A stretch of DNA of 64,000 nt from Sandaracinaceae bacterium (GCA_044220955.1 JBGAQA010000004.1:32001-96000), one strand, 5' to 3'; counted from the stretch's first letter, positions 29,765-38,731 are shown. Numbers and translations are program-made. Notes: generated by a model from the sequence alone, not told the origin.

Positions 29765-30893
29765 GCCCGTCGAGCACTTCCGGGGCGCTGCTGGAGCGGC
29801 GCGCCTCGAGGGCGATCGCCATGGGGCCCGCGGTCGCTACCTCGCGGCGCTCGTGCGCGGTCCGCTGCGCCAGTACGCCGACAACGTCGGAGACGTCCGG
29901 ATGGAGGTCGTCGCGGTCGGCGAGACGCTGGTGCCGATCCTGCTGAACGACGGTGGGGACACGGACTGCTACCTGACCTCTCCGATCGGCTACTACGTCC
30001 GCTACGTACGAGACGAGATCCCGCGTCTGCGACAGGACGCCTTCACGCGGGTCTTCGACAAGGTGATCGCGGGGCTCGAGCACCCGCTGCGCTGGTCGTC
30101 GTTCAATCGTGTCGCGTACGTGAATCACTGGCTCATGAGCACCTCGCCGCGCGTGCGCTTCGACCGCTCGAGCCTCGAGGCGCTCACGCGCCACCTCGAG
30201 CGCGAGTACCCGACGCACACCCTCGTGTTTCGCGGTCTGACGCGCGACGAGACGGAGCACTGCTCGAGCTTCGCGGCGGCGGGCTACGAGCTCGTGGTGA
30301 GCCGTCCGATCCACGTGTGGAGCAGCGATCGCCGGGTGGAGTCTCGCGACACGCGGCGCCAGCGCGTCTGCGACGCGCGCGCCGTCGAGCGCTTCGTCGT
30401 CGGACACGAGCCCTCCGCGCACGACCTCGACGCCATCCCGGCGCTCTATCGCAGGCTCTACGTGGAGAAGTACTCGCGGATGAACCCGGCGTACACGCGC
30501 GCGTACTTCGCGCACCTGCTCGACTCCGGCTGGGGCGCGGTGACGATGCTCCACTCGGACGGCGCGCTGGTCGGCTTCGTGACCCACGCGATCGACGCCG
30601 ACGGTGCGCTGCTCGGCCTGAGCGTGGGGCACGATCCGGCCGTCTCCCAGCGGGACCTGCCCGTCTACCGCGCGCTCGTCTCGACCCTCTTCCAGCGCGC
30701 CGAGCGCGAGCAGAGAGCGCTCTTCCTCAGCACCGGGGTGTCCGACTTCAAGCGGCGGCGCGGCGCGGTCGAGCTGCTCGAGTTCGACGCGGTGCGCGCG
30801 GCGCACGCGCCTTGGCCCGCGCGCGCGGCCTGGTGGACGGTCGGGAGCGCCTTCGATCTGGCGATCCAGAACATCGACACGAGGCAGGTATGA
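29757..30893 (+). CDS. GNAT-fold (Fem/Acetyltransf_6-like) protein
   Basis: YLTSPIGYYVRY, VNHWLMST, LYRRLYVEKYSRMNPAYT, STGVSDFKRRRGA; overlaps both neighbours. Confidence 0.7.
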   Translation: MTEPVEHFRGAAGAARLEGDRHGARGRYLAALVRGPLRQYADNVGDVRMEVVAVGETLVPILLNDGGDTDCYLTSPIGYYVRYVRDEIPRLRQDAFTRVFDKVIAGLEHPLRWSSFNRVAYVNHWLMSTSPRVRFDRSSLEALTRHLEREYPTHTLVFRGLTRDETEHCSSFAAAGYELVVSRPIHVWSSDRRVESRDTRRQRVCDARAVERFVVGHEPSAHDLDAIPALYRRLYVEKYSRMNPAYTRAYFAHLLDSGWGAVTMLHSDGALVGFVTHAIDADGALLGLSVGHDPAVSQRDLPVYRALVSTLFQRAEREQRALFLSTGVSDFKRRRGAVELLEFDAVRAAHAPWPARAAWWTVGSAFDLAIQNIDTRQV

Positions 30894-31780
30894 GCGCGCA
30901 CGCCAGCACGCTGCGCGTGGGCCTACGCGACGTGGTTCGCACGGCGCGCCTCCCCAAGATCGCGCCGGTGCCGCTGCTCGCGTGGAGCGGCTACGCGCTC
31001 CGCCACGGACGGGACGTCCTGCCGCTGGCCTGGGTCACGCTCGCGGTCGTCGCGGTCACGCTCCTGGTGACCCGCCTCAACGTGCTCACCGACGAGTCGC
31101 TCGACCTTGCGAGCCGCCCCGAGCTCGCGCGCGGCCTGCGGCGCAGCGCGCGGTTCGTCGTCGGCGCGAGCGTGGTCGAGGTCGCGCTGCTCTGCGTCGC
31201 GTTGCTCGCGGTGGACGGCGACGCTCGTCTCGCGCTCGTCGCGCTGCTCGCGTTCGGCGTGCTCTACTCGTTCAACTTCCTGTCGCCGCATCCGGTGCGC
31301 TCGCGCTGGAAGGCCCACTGGCTCGGCCACGCCGCGGCGTTCGTCGGGAGCTATGCCGCGCTCTGGGCCGCGGGAGCCGGCGCGGCCGGGCACGGCGGCG
31401 GGGCGCTCGTGCTGCTCGTGGCGCTCGCCACCGGCGTCGTCGACTACGCCGTGTACGTCGGCGAATGCGCGATCGACCACGACGAAGAGGCCTCCGCGGG
31501 CCTGCGCACGGCGGCGGCGCTGCTCGGCCCGCGCACGTCGTCCGTGCTCGCGCTCGTCCTGTTCGGCGCCGGTGCCTGCCTCCATGCCAGCTGGATCACC
31601 ACCGCGCTGGCCGCGGCGTTCGTGCCGCCGCTCGCGCTGCGAGGCACGTTCCTCGTGGCACTCGCCGCCGCGGAGCTCGGAGGCCACCGGGATCGCGCTC
31701 ACGCGCTGCGCTCGCGCGCGGCCGACGCCGTGTTCCTCGCGACGCGCCTCTGGACCTTCTTCGCGCTCGCGCTCGCCTGA
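30890..31780 (+). CDS. UbiA family membrane prenyltransferase
   Basis: Multiple TM helices; motif I RLNVLTDESLD (NxxxDxxxD), LYS, R.K, motif II IDHDEEASAGLRT. ATGA overlap. Confidence 0.8.
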   Translation: MSAHASTLRVGLRDVVRTARLPKIAPVPLLAWSGYALRHGRDVLPLAWVTLAVVAVTLLVTRLNVLTDESLDLASRPELARGLRRSARFVVGASVVEVALLCVALLAVDGDARLALVALLAFGVLYSFNFLSPHPVRSRWKAHWLGHAAAFVGSYAALWAAGAGAAGHGGGALVLLVALATGVVDYAVYVGECAIDHDEEASAGLRTAAALLGPRTSSVLALVLFGAGACLHASWITTALAAAFVPPLALRGTFLVALAAAELGGHRDRAHALRSRAADAVFLATRLWTFFALALA

Positions 31781-31786
31781 GCGTCG

Positions 31787-32245
31787 TCAGTACGTGCGGA
31801 CGCCCGAGAGGAGCCAGCCCTGGCCCTCGCGGCGGAGCGTCAGCGTGACGTGCACGCGCTCGCCGTCGACGCGCGCGCCGACCGAGACCGTGCCCGTCTC
31901 GCCGCGGACGTCGACCTCGTCCTGCACGATCTCCACGTGACCGTCGCGGTCGAGCGGCTCGAGCGCGTCGTGCAGGACGTCGGGCAGCGCCGCTTCGTCG
32001 TCGATGCGCCAGTGCGCACGGCCCGCGCTCACGTACACCGGCTCGCGCGACGGAGCGGCCCAGGCGAGCAGCCCGTCGACCCGACGATCGGCGCCGTCGA
32101 GCGTGAGGACCCGGGCGACCTCCTCCAGGCGCTCCGTGTCCGTCTCGACCATCGCGTCCGCGACGGCGGTGCCGAGGGCGAGCGTCACCAACAAGGCCGA
32201 AGACCAGAGCGCGACCTGCGCGCGGGTGAGACCGAAGAGCTCCAT
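31787..32245 (-). CDS. Membrane-anchored protein with NTF2-like C-terminus
   Basis: N-terminal TM, VETDTERL, C-terminal beta strands ending LRREGQGWLL. Confidence 0.7.
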   Translation of the reverse strand: MELFGLTRAQVALWSSALLVTLALGTAVADAMVETDTERLEEVARVLTLDGADRRVDGLLAWAAPSREPVYVSAGRAHWRIDDEAALPDVLHDALEPLDRDGHVEIVQDEVDVRGETGTVSVGARVDGERVHVTLTLRREGQGWLLSGVRTY

Positions 32246-32259
32246 GAGCGCACCCTGCA

Positions 32260-32273
32260 GCAGGGTCCGTGCC
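32260..32273 (-). promoter_or_regulatory. Possible sigma54 -24/-12 element
   Basis: Minus strand cGG-CACGGACCCT-GCt, 14 nt before ATG 32245. Confidence 0.45.
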
Positions 32274-32378
32274 GCGTCGGGCAGCCCAGGTTTCGCGGGA
32301 GATCCGAGGCTCCGGCGCCGCTCGAGTGACAGTCTGTCATCGACCGTCGCGCGATCGACGGTCTCGCGTGACAGCCGA

Positions 32379-32690
32379 TCAGGGCGGCGCCTCGCTCGAT
32401 CCGAGCAGCGCGCGGACGTCTCCGGGCCGCACGCCCATCACCTCGACCCGCTTGCGCCGAGACCTCTGTCCTGCCGTGATGCGCACCTCGCGCCTGGCCA
32501 CGCGCAGGGCCTTGGCGACGAACGCGATCAGCGCCTCGTTCGCCGCTCCATCGACCGGCGGGGCCGTCAGCGCGACCTTGAGCGCGCCATCGTGCGTGCC
32601 GATCACCGTCTCGCGGCTCGCCCGCGGCGCGACGAGCACCCCGAAGCGCACGCCGCCGACGATCTCCTCGATCGCGACCTCGCTCGACAT
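32379..32690 (-). CDS. DUF167 (YggU/UPF0235) family protein
   Basis: V.V.PRASR...LKVALTAPPVDGAANEAL...G..SRRK; TAGGCT 7 nt before the ATG. Confidence 0.92.
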   Translation of the reverse strand: MSSEVAIEEIVGGVRFGVLVAPRASRETVIGTHDGALKVALTAPPVDGAANEALIAFVAKALRVARREVRITAGQRSRRKRVEVMGVRPGDVRALLGSSEAPP

Positions 32691-32723
32691 CGCACGGAGC
32701 CTAGCGACATTCTCCCCTCTCCG

Positions 32724-34910
32724 GTGCGACAGCCTGCGTCCGATCTCGCGACCCTCGTGCTCGCCGTCGTGATCGCGGCGCTCGCGCGGGTCGACGGCGC
32801 CGCGGGCCTCGTCCTCGCGTACGCGGGAGCCTGGGCGCTCGTGAACGCTGCGCGCGTCGCCGGCTGGCCCCCGCAGGCCACCGCGATCCCGCGACTGCAC
32901 CTCGCCCTCGGCGTCGCGCTCGTGCTCGTGGTCCCCGCCCGCGACCTGCTCGCGCGCTGGCGCACGATCGTGGAGCACGAGGGGCTCGGCGATCCGCTCG
33001 AGCACCTCGGCGATCGGCTCGCGCTCGACGCCGACCCCGCGATCGCGCCGCGCCTCGTCTCGGCCGATCGCCCACAGACCTTCTTCGTTCGGGCGTCGGG
33101 CGCGCACGTGCGGGTGCGGCTGGGCCCGAGGGTGGAGTGGATCGACGCCGAGGGCATGGGGCACGGCGTGTTCCGTGTGGACTACGACCCTCGGTCGGCT
33201 GGGCCGCCGCCGCCGCGCGTGTCGCGCGCGACCATCGAGGTGGACGGGATCGCGCACGAGCGGACACTGCTCGCGGCGACACCGGCTGCGCACCCGCGCT
33301 GGCTCCGCACCTCGCCCGACCGGACGCACGCGTGCGTGCCGAGCGAGGAGACCGACGAGGTGGTCGTGCTCTCGGTGGGCGGCGAGCCGGAGCGGATCGG
33401 CACGCTCGACGGCCCGACCGACTGCGCGATCTACGACGACGGTTCGCTGTTCGTCGTGCACCGCTTCGCGCGCCGCGTCCTACACCTCGACGCCGCGCGC
33501 AGGCGGCAGACCGCGGACGCCGGGGGCCCGGGAGCCACGGCGCTCGCAGAGCTCGAAGGGCAGCCTTGCCATGCGCGCGAAGGACCGGACGCCGAGGTCC
33601 GCTGCTCGGGCCCGTCGCCGGCCCGGCTCTCGATCGAGGGGAGCCCGCTCTTCCTCGCGGGCGTGCCGGGACAAGCGGCGTTGATCCTCGCGACGCGGAG
33701 CCCTGCGGCGCTCGTTCGCATCGAGCGGGCGGGCGGTACGCTCGTCGCTCGGGCATCGCGGGCGCTCGCGATGCCGGCCGCGCATCTCGCGGTCGATCCC
33801 TCCGGCGCGCGCGTCGTCGTCGCCCTCGGCGATCTCGACGAGGACGGGGCGTCGCGGCTCGGCAATCACTTCGCGCAGGATCGCCTCGCCTCGTTCGACA
33901 CGGCGACGCTCGCGCTCGTCGAGGACCGCCTGACTGCGTTCCGCACCGATCGCCAGGATCACGCGGGTGACGTGGATCGAGGGGCGAGCCCGATGGGGAT
34001 CGCGTTCGCGGCCGACGGTCGACTGCTGGTGGCGTTCGCGGGAACCGACGAGATCGAGGAGATCGGTGGCGCCGCGCCTCGCGTCGTGGACACGGCGGCG
34101 CTCGGGGTGTCCGCGCCCTTCTCGGCGGTCGAGCTCGCCGACGGATCGCGCGTGATCACGTCGCCCTCGAGCGCCCTCGTGGTGGTCCTCGACGTGCGCG
34201 GCGCGCCGTCGCGCACGATCGCGCTCGCGGCGCGCGACCGCGAGCTCTTGGCCACCGACCCGTCCGCGCTCCAGCTGCGCTTCGGCGAGCGTGCGTTCTA
34301 CGAGGCGACGCGCTCGGGCGTGTCCTGTCAGAGCTGCCACCTGCACGGCGGCACCGACGGCGCCGCGCACAACATCGGCGGAAGGGTGCTCGCGCCGACC
34401 CTCGACGTGCGCGGCCTGACCGGCACCTCGCCCTACCTGCGTGACGGGAGCTACCCGCGCCTGCGCGATCTGCACGAGGTGGCGGTGACCGAGTACCGCG
34501 GCTACCGGGAGTCCGCCGGGGACCGGGGCGCCAACGTCGAGGCGTGGCTCGAGACGCTGCCGCCGCCTCCCACGTTCGTCGCGCGCGAGGCCGCGCTCGA
34601 GCGCGAGGGGCTCGACGTCTTCTTCGGCGCCGGCTGCCCCGATTGCCACGCGCCGCCCGCGTTCACGTCGCTGGGGCTGCACGCGATCGACGCCGTCTTC
34701 CCGGAGGAGCACGGCGAGGCGGACGCCCGCTTGCTCGACGTCCCCTCGCTGCGCTCGGTCGCCGCGAGCGCTCCTTATCTCTACGACGGCCGCGCATCGA
34801 CGCTGGCGAGCCTGCTCGCCGAGCACAACAGCGCCGACCGCCACGGCCACACGCGCGGGCTCGACGAGCACGCCCGGCGCGCGCTGGTGGCGTTCCTGAG
34901 GTCCCTGTGA
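32724..34910 (+). CDS. Membrane-anchored beta-propeller plus di-heme cytochrome c peroxidase-like protein
   Basis: N-terminal TMs, YncE-like repeats, SCQSCH and CPDCH heme motifs, PYLRDGS, DVPSLR...PYLYDG. Confidence 0.8.
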   Translation: MRQPASDLATLVLAVVIAALARVDGAAGLVLAYAGAWALVNAARVAGWPPQATAIPRLHLALGVALVLVVPARDLLARWRTIVEHEGLGDPLEHLGDRLALDADPAIAPRLVSADRPQTFFVRASGAHVRVRLGPRVEWIDAEGMGHGVFRVDYDPRSAGPPPPRVSRATIEVDGIAHERTLLAATPAAHPRWLRTSPDRTHACVPSEETDEVVVLSVGGEPERIGTLDGPTDCAIYDDGSLFVVHRFARRVLHLDAARRRQTADAGGPGATALAELEGQPCHAREGPDAEVRCSGPSPARLSIEGSPLFLAGVPGQAALILATRSPAALVRIERAGGTLVARASRALAMPAAHLAVDPSGARVVVALGDLDEDGASRLGNHFAQDRLASFDTATLALVEDRLTAFRTDRQDHAGDVDRGASPMGIAFAADGRLLVAFAGTDEIEEIGGAAPRVVDTAALGVSAPFSAVELADGSRVITSPSSALVVVLDVRGAPSRTIALAARDRELLATDPSALQLRFGERAFYEATRSGVSCQSCHLHGGTDGAAHNIGGRVLAPTLDVRGLTGTSPYLRDGSYPRLRDLHEVAVTEYRGYRESAGDRGANVEAWLETLPPPPTFVAREAALEREGLDVFFGAGCPDCHAPPAFTSLGLHAIDAVFPEEHGEADARLLDVPSLRSVAASAPYLYDGRASTLASLLAEHNSADRHGHTRGLDEHARRALVAFLRSL

Positions 34911-35512
34911 GAGCGCTGGATCAGCGACTCACCGTCGCCGCGCTCGGCCTCGCCGCGCTCGCCGGGGTGTGGGCGGCGACGCTCGCCCGGCCCGGCCACG
35001 GGCTGGCGCGCGGGACCGGGACGGTGGCGATCGTGCTGCTGCTCCTCGCGCTCGCGTCGAGCCCGGCCGCCCCGTGGCTCGCTCCTGCGCGCGCGGTGGC
35101 GCTGCGCGTGGGTCGCCGGCGCGTCGGGATCGCGGCCGCGCTGGTCGCGCTCGGGCACGCCTGCATCGCGCTGTCGAGCTACGTCTCGCCGCTCGTCCTG
35201 AGCCCGATCGCCGCCGTCCCGTGGCTGCGCCACGGGGCGCTGGCGCTCGGGATCCTGGCGGCGCTGCTGCTCACCTCGTTCGCGGCGGTCCAGCGAGCGC
35301 TCCGTGTGCGGGCCTGGTCCGCGCTGCACCGGCTGGTCTACGCGGCGGCCATCCTCGCGTCGCTGCACGCGCTCGGTGTCCCGTTCGGGTCGGGCCTTCC
35401 GGGGGCGGCGGCGCTGCTCGTCACGGCGCTCTCGCTCCTCGCTCGCCCGGCCTCTCGGCTCGCGCGACGTCGGCGCCCGCCGGCCGCGCCCGAGACGGGC
35501 GCCGACGGATGA
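34907..35512 (+). CDS. MsrQ-like ferric reductase-type heme-b membrane protein
   Basis: RRRVG.......H, LLLTS, WSALHRLVY...LH; GTGA overlap with the upstream gene. Confidence 0.8.
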   Translation: MRALDQRLTVAALGLAALAGVWAATLARPGHGLARGTGTVAIVLLLLALASSPAAPWLAPARAVALRVGRRRVGIAAALVALGHACIALSSYVSPLVLSPIAAVPWLRHGALALGILAALLLTSFAAVQRALRVRAWSALHRLVYAAAILASLHALGVPFGSGLPGAAALLVTALSLLARPASRLARRRRPPAAPETGADG

Positions 35513-35683
35513 GCCTCACTCCGGCTCCACGTCCCCGGCCGCGCGAGACGAGGGCCGGGTGAGGCGGCCCGCGCAATTGTTTCGTCACGGCGCGCGGCCC
35601 CCCTTGTGCCCGGACGGGGTGCTGGCACATTGTTGCGACCACAAGCGTTGCCGAGGCAATCAACCTCGCCCGTGGGGACTCCC

Positions 35684-36685
35684 GTGACCGCTCACCGCTT
35701 CGACCCCGACTCTCTCGAGAACCGCGACCCCGCCCACATCGCGGCGTTCTTCGGCCGGCTCGATCCGATCCTCGAGAGGTTCTTCTCGCCCAGGGTCTCC
35801 GGCCTCGGCCGCATCCCGGCGGGGCCCGCGCTCTACGTCGCGAACCACAACGCGGGCCTCTTGATGCCCGACGTCTTCATCCTCGGCAGCGCCATCTTCC
35901 GCGCGCGCGGGATGAACGACATGCCCTACGGGCTCGCGCACGATCTGGCGCTCAGGCCGCCGGCGCTGAACCGCCTCCTGTGCCCGGTCGGCGCCGTTCG
36001 CGCGCGTCCCGGCACCGCCGAGCGCATCTTCGCGCGCGGCAGCAAGGCGCTCGTCTACCCCGGCGGCGACGTCGAGGTCATGCGGCCCTTCTCGCAGCGC
36101 GACCGCATCGTGTTCGGTGGCCGACGCGGCTACGTGAAGCTCGCGCTGCGGGCCGGCGTGCCGATCTCGCCGATCGTCACCGCGGGCGCGCACTCGGGGT
36201 TCGTGGTCCTCGACGACGGTGGTCGCGTCGCCAAGGCGCTCGGGCTGCCGCGCTGGGCGCGCGTGAACGTCCTGCCGACGGTGCTCTCGTTCCCGTGGGG
36301 CCTCACGGTCGGCTTCCCGCCCCCCTACGTGCCGATGCCGACCCGCATCTACTCGGAGGTGCTCTCGCCGATCCACTTCGCCTGGACCGGCGAGGACGCG
36401 GCGGCGGACGAGAAGTGGGTGGAGCAGTGCCACGAGCGCGTCGTGGGTACGATGCAGGACGCGCTCACCCGCCTGGCGCGGACGCGGCGCGAGGATCGCC
36501 GCCACGACGCGATCGACGGCGTGAGCCACGCGCTCCACAGGGTGCTCGACGTCCTCGGTCTCGAGCCCGCACAGGTCGCGCGGGTGGCAGACGCGGACGA
36601 GGCCGACGACATGACGGGGCTCGACCGTCTCGTCGTGCCGGAGCCGGCGCGAGCGCCCGTCGAGCCGGTTCGCATCGCCGCCTGA
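35684..36685 (+). CDS. Lysophospholipid/diacylglycerol acyltransferase family protein
   Basis: LYVANHNAGLLMPD, LVYPGGD.E, GYVKLAL.AGVPI.P. Confidence 0.9.
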   Translation: MTAHRFDPDSLENRDPAHIAAFFGRLDPILERFFSPRVSGLGRIPAGPALYVANHNAGLLMPDVFILGSAIFRARGMNDMPYGLAHDLALRPPALNRLLCPVGAVRARPGTAERIFARGSKALVYPGGDVEVMRPFSQRDRIVFGGRRGYVKLALRAGVPISPIVTAGAHSGFVVLDDGGRVAKALGLPRWARVNVLPTVLSFPWGLTVGFPPPYVPMPTRIYSEVLSPIHFAWTGEDAAADEKWVEQCHERVVGTMQDALTRLARTRREDRRHDAIDGVSHALHRVLDVLGLEPAQVARVADADEADDMTGLDRLVVPEPARAPVEPVRIAA

Positions 36686-36724
36686 CGGCGGTTCGCGCCT
36701 CGGTCCGCCGGCGCGCGCTCGCCC

Positions 36725-38587
36725 TCAGAGCGTCTCGAGGTACGCGACGAGGTCGTCGACCCGCGGATCGCTCGCCGACGAGATCGCGCCGTGCGCGGAC
36801 CCACCGCAGCGGGGCTCGAAGCGCTCGCGCAGCGTTCGCGCGCAGCCGTCGTGCATCACCGGGAGCGCGCGGGAGACGCCCACGAGCGAAGGGACCTGGA
36901 ACGCTCCCCGGGTGCCCACGTCCACGGTCTCGTTGTTCGTGAGCATCGCCCCCGAGTGGCAGCTCGCGCAGCCCGCCTCGACGAAGACCTGCGCACCGCG
37001 CGAGGCCGCGTCACCACGCGCCATGCGCGGTGCGTCGGTCGGCCGCGTGTCGAGCCAGCCGCCGATCGCCTCGATGTGGCGCGCGTCGACGGTCGGGCCG
37101 CCCATGCGCTGCGTGAACACCGTCCCCATCAGGTGCGAGAGGTCGGGCAGGTCGCCGCTCCAGTGAAAGGGCGCGGTGTCGAGGAAGCCGGCCGGCACCG
37201 TCGGCGTGCGGCGCGGGCCGACGTCGGCGAAGGTCCACACCCGGCCGTCGTCGCCGCCCTCGGGGTGACACGACGCGCACGCCGTTCCATGGCCAGCGTC
37301 GCCGTGGAAGAACGCGTGGCCCGTGTCGAACGCCGCGCCGCCGCCGAGGCTGATCACGCGGCTCTCGATCCGGATCTGCGCCGGCTCCCGCCCCTGGACC
37401 ACGAGGCGTCCGTCCGGGAGGTAGGCGACGGCGATCGCGTTCGGGGTGTGCTCGGCGTCGGCGCCCGTGTCGCCGTAGCTGCTCGCGTAGTCCTGGATGC
37501 AGCCGCCGGAGCCGTAGCCGTAGGGCGATCCGGAGTCGAGCGAGGCCTGCTCGATGCGCGTGACGCTCGGGTGGAACTCGGTGCTCTCGACCCCGGCGCC
37601 CACGATCGCGACCTCGCCGGTCGTCGCGCTCACCGCGATGTCCACCGGCAGCGTCGCGCCCGCGATGTTCGGCGAGTCGACCGCCTCGAGCGCGTCGCCG
37701 TGGAAGATGGTCGCGGCGGACTGCACGATCGAGCCGCTGCAGACGCCCGTGTCGTAGTACGCGCCGGGCGCGAGCTGGAGGTCGCCGTCGCTCGAGCGCT
37801 GGTGGGAGACGAGGATTCCGTCGCCGAGCGGGATCGCGCGCCACGCCACCGAGGGCTGGAACTGCGCGGGCGAGCCGTCGCTGCGCACCGACGTCGGCGA
37901 GATGCTCGCCGTCGGCTGGACGCGGCCGAGCTCGACGCCGTTCTGGTCCAAGCGGATGATCTCCGCGCTCCGGAAGCGCGTCACGACGAGCTCGTCGCCG
38001 CGGACGATCACGTCGCGCAGGTCGTCGATGCCGGTGTCGAGCAGCGAGGGAGGCGTGCTCGAGGAGGGATCGAACGTGGCGATCTCGCCGTCGCGGCACG
38101 CGACGCGCACCTGGCCGCGCGTCGCGTCGACGGCGATGCCGCGGGGCGCCGCGCACACGGTCCGGCGCGTGATGGTCGGCGTGCCGCCGAGCCCGACCGA
38201 TGCGACCTCGCCGCTGCCGCGGAGCACCACGTGCGCGACGCGGTTCTCCTCGTCCACCGCGACGCGGCCCGGCTCCGAGCCCTCCGGGACGCGGACCGTC
38301 GTGACCTCGCTCGACGCGACGTCCACGAGGAGGATCCGGTCGCGGTCGGGGTCGGCCGCGATGATCTGCGTGCCGTCGTGCGTGACGGCCAGCGTGCCGC
38401 CCGAGATCGGGGGGAGCGGGTGCGAGGAGGTGATCACCGACGCGGCGCGCGGGTCGATGTACTCGCCGGTGGCCGCCGGGGGCGTCGGGAAGTAGTCGTA
38501 GGGCGAGCTCGGCGGGCTCAGCGGGTCGGGGGCGCGGCAGCCGCCGAGCAGGCCGAGGACGCACGCGAGGGCGATGGAGTTGCGCAT
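36725..38587 (-). CDS. Lipoprotein, beta-propeller plus di-heme cytochrome c peroxidase-like
   Basis: Lipobox LLGGC; ACASCHPEG.DDG, RRTP, APFHWSG, second CASCH, VPSL.G...P.MHDG. Confidence 0.85.
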   Translation of the reverse strand: MRNSIALACVLGLLGGCRAPDPLSPPSSPYDYFPTPPAATGEYIDPRAASVITSSHPLPPISGGTLAVTHDGTQIIAADPDRDRILLVDVASSEVTTVRVPEGSEPGRVAVDEENRVAHVVLRGSGEVASVGLGGTPTITRRTVCAAPRGIAVDATRGQVRVACRDGEIATFDPSSSTPPSLLDTGIDDLRDVIVRGDELVVTRFRSAEIIRLDQNGVELGRVQPTASISPTSVRSDGSPAQFQPSVAWRAIPLGDGILVSHQRSSDGDLQLAPGAYYDTGVCSGSIVQSAATIFHGDALEAVDSPNIAGATLPVDIAVSATTGEVAIVGAGVESTEFHPSVTRIEQASLDSGSPYGYGSGGCIQDYASSYGDTGADAEHTPNAIAVAYLPDGRLVVQGREPAQIRIESRVISLGGGAAFDTGHAFFHGDAGHGTACASCHPEGGDDGRVWTFADVGPRRTPTVPAGFLDTAPFHWSGDLPDLSHLMGTVFTQRMGGPTVDARHIEAIGGWLDTRPTDAPRMARGDAASRGAQVFVEAGCASCHSGAMLTNNETVDVGTRGAFQVPSLVGVSRALPVMHDGCARTLRERFEPRCGGSAHGAISSASDPRVDDLVAYLETL

Positions 38588-38601
38588 GGGGGCCTCCCCA
38601 A

Positions 38602-38615
38602 GCAGCGGGCGTGCC
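38602..38615 (-). promoter_or_regulatory. Possible sigma54 -24/-12 element
   Basis: Minus strand cGG-CACGCCCGCT-GCt, 14 nt before ATG 38587. An SD-like GGGGAGG lies in between, so the call is ambiguous. Confidence 0.4.
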
Positions 38616-38731
38616 GGAATTGGCAGCGGGTTGATCCAGCGCAATTCGCGCCCTCGGGCCGCGCCAGCACGTGCCACCGGGCAACGGAGTGCACGGGGGT
38701 GTGCCCCGCGAGCACGCCCTTCGCGCTGGCG

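Noticed and set aside
34907..35512. Assigning the symbol msrQ
   Set aside because: Motifs fit the family, but no msrP is adjacent, so orthology is unsupported.
35623..35636. TGGCACATTGTTGC, a sigma54-like site upstream of the acyltransferase
   Set aside because: GG-to-GC spacing is 9 nt, not the required 10.
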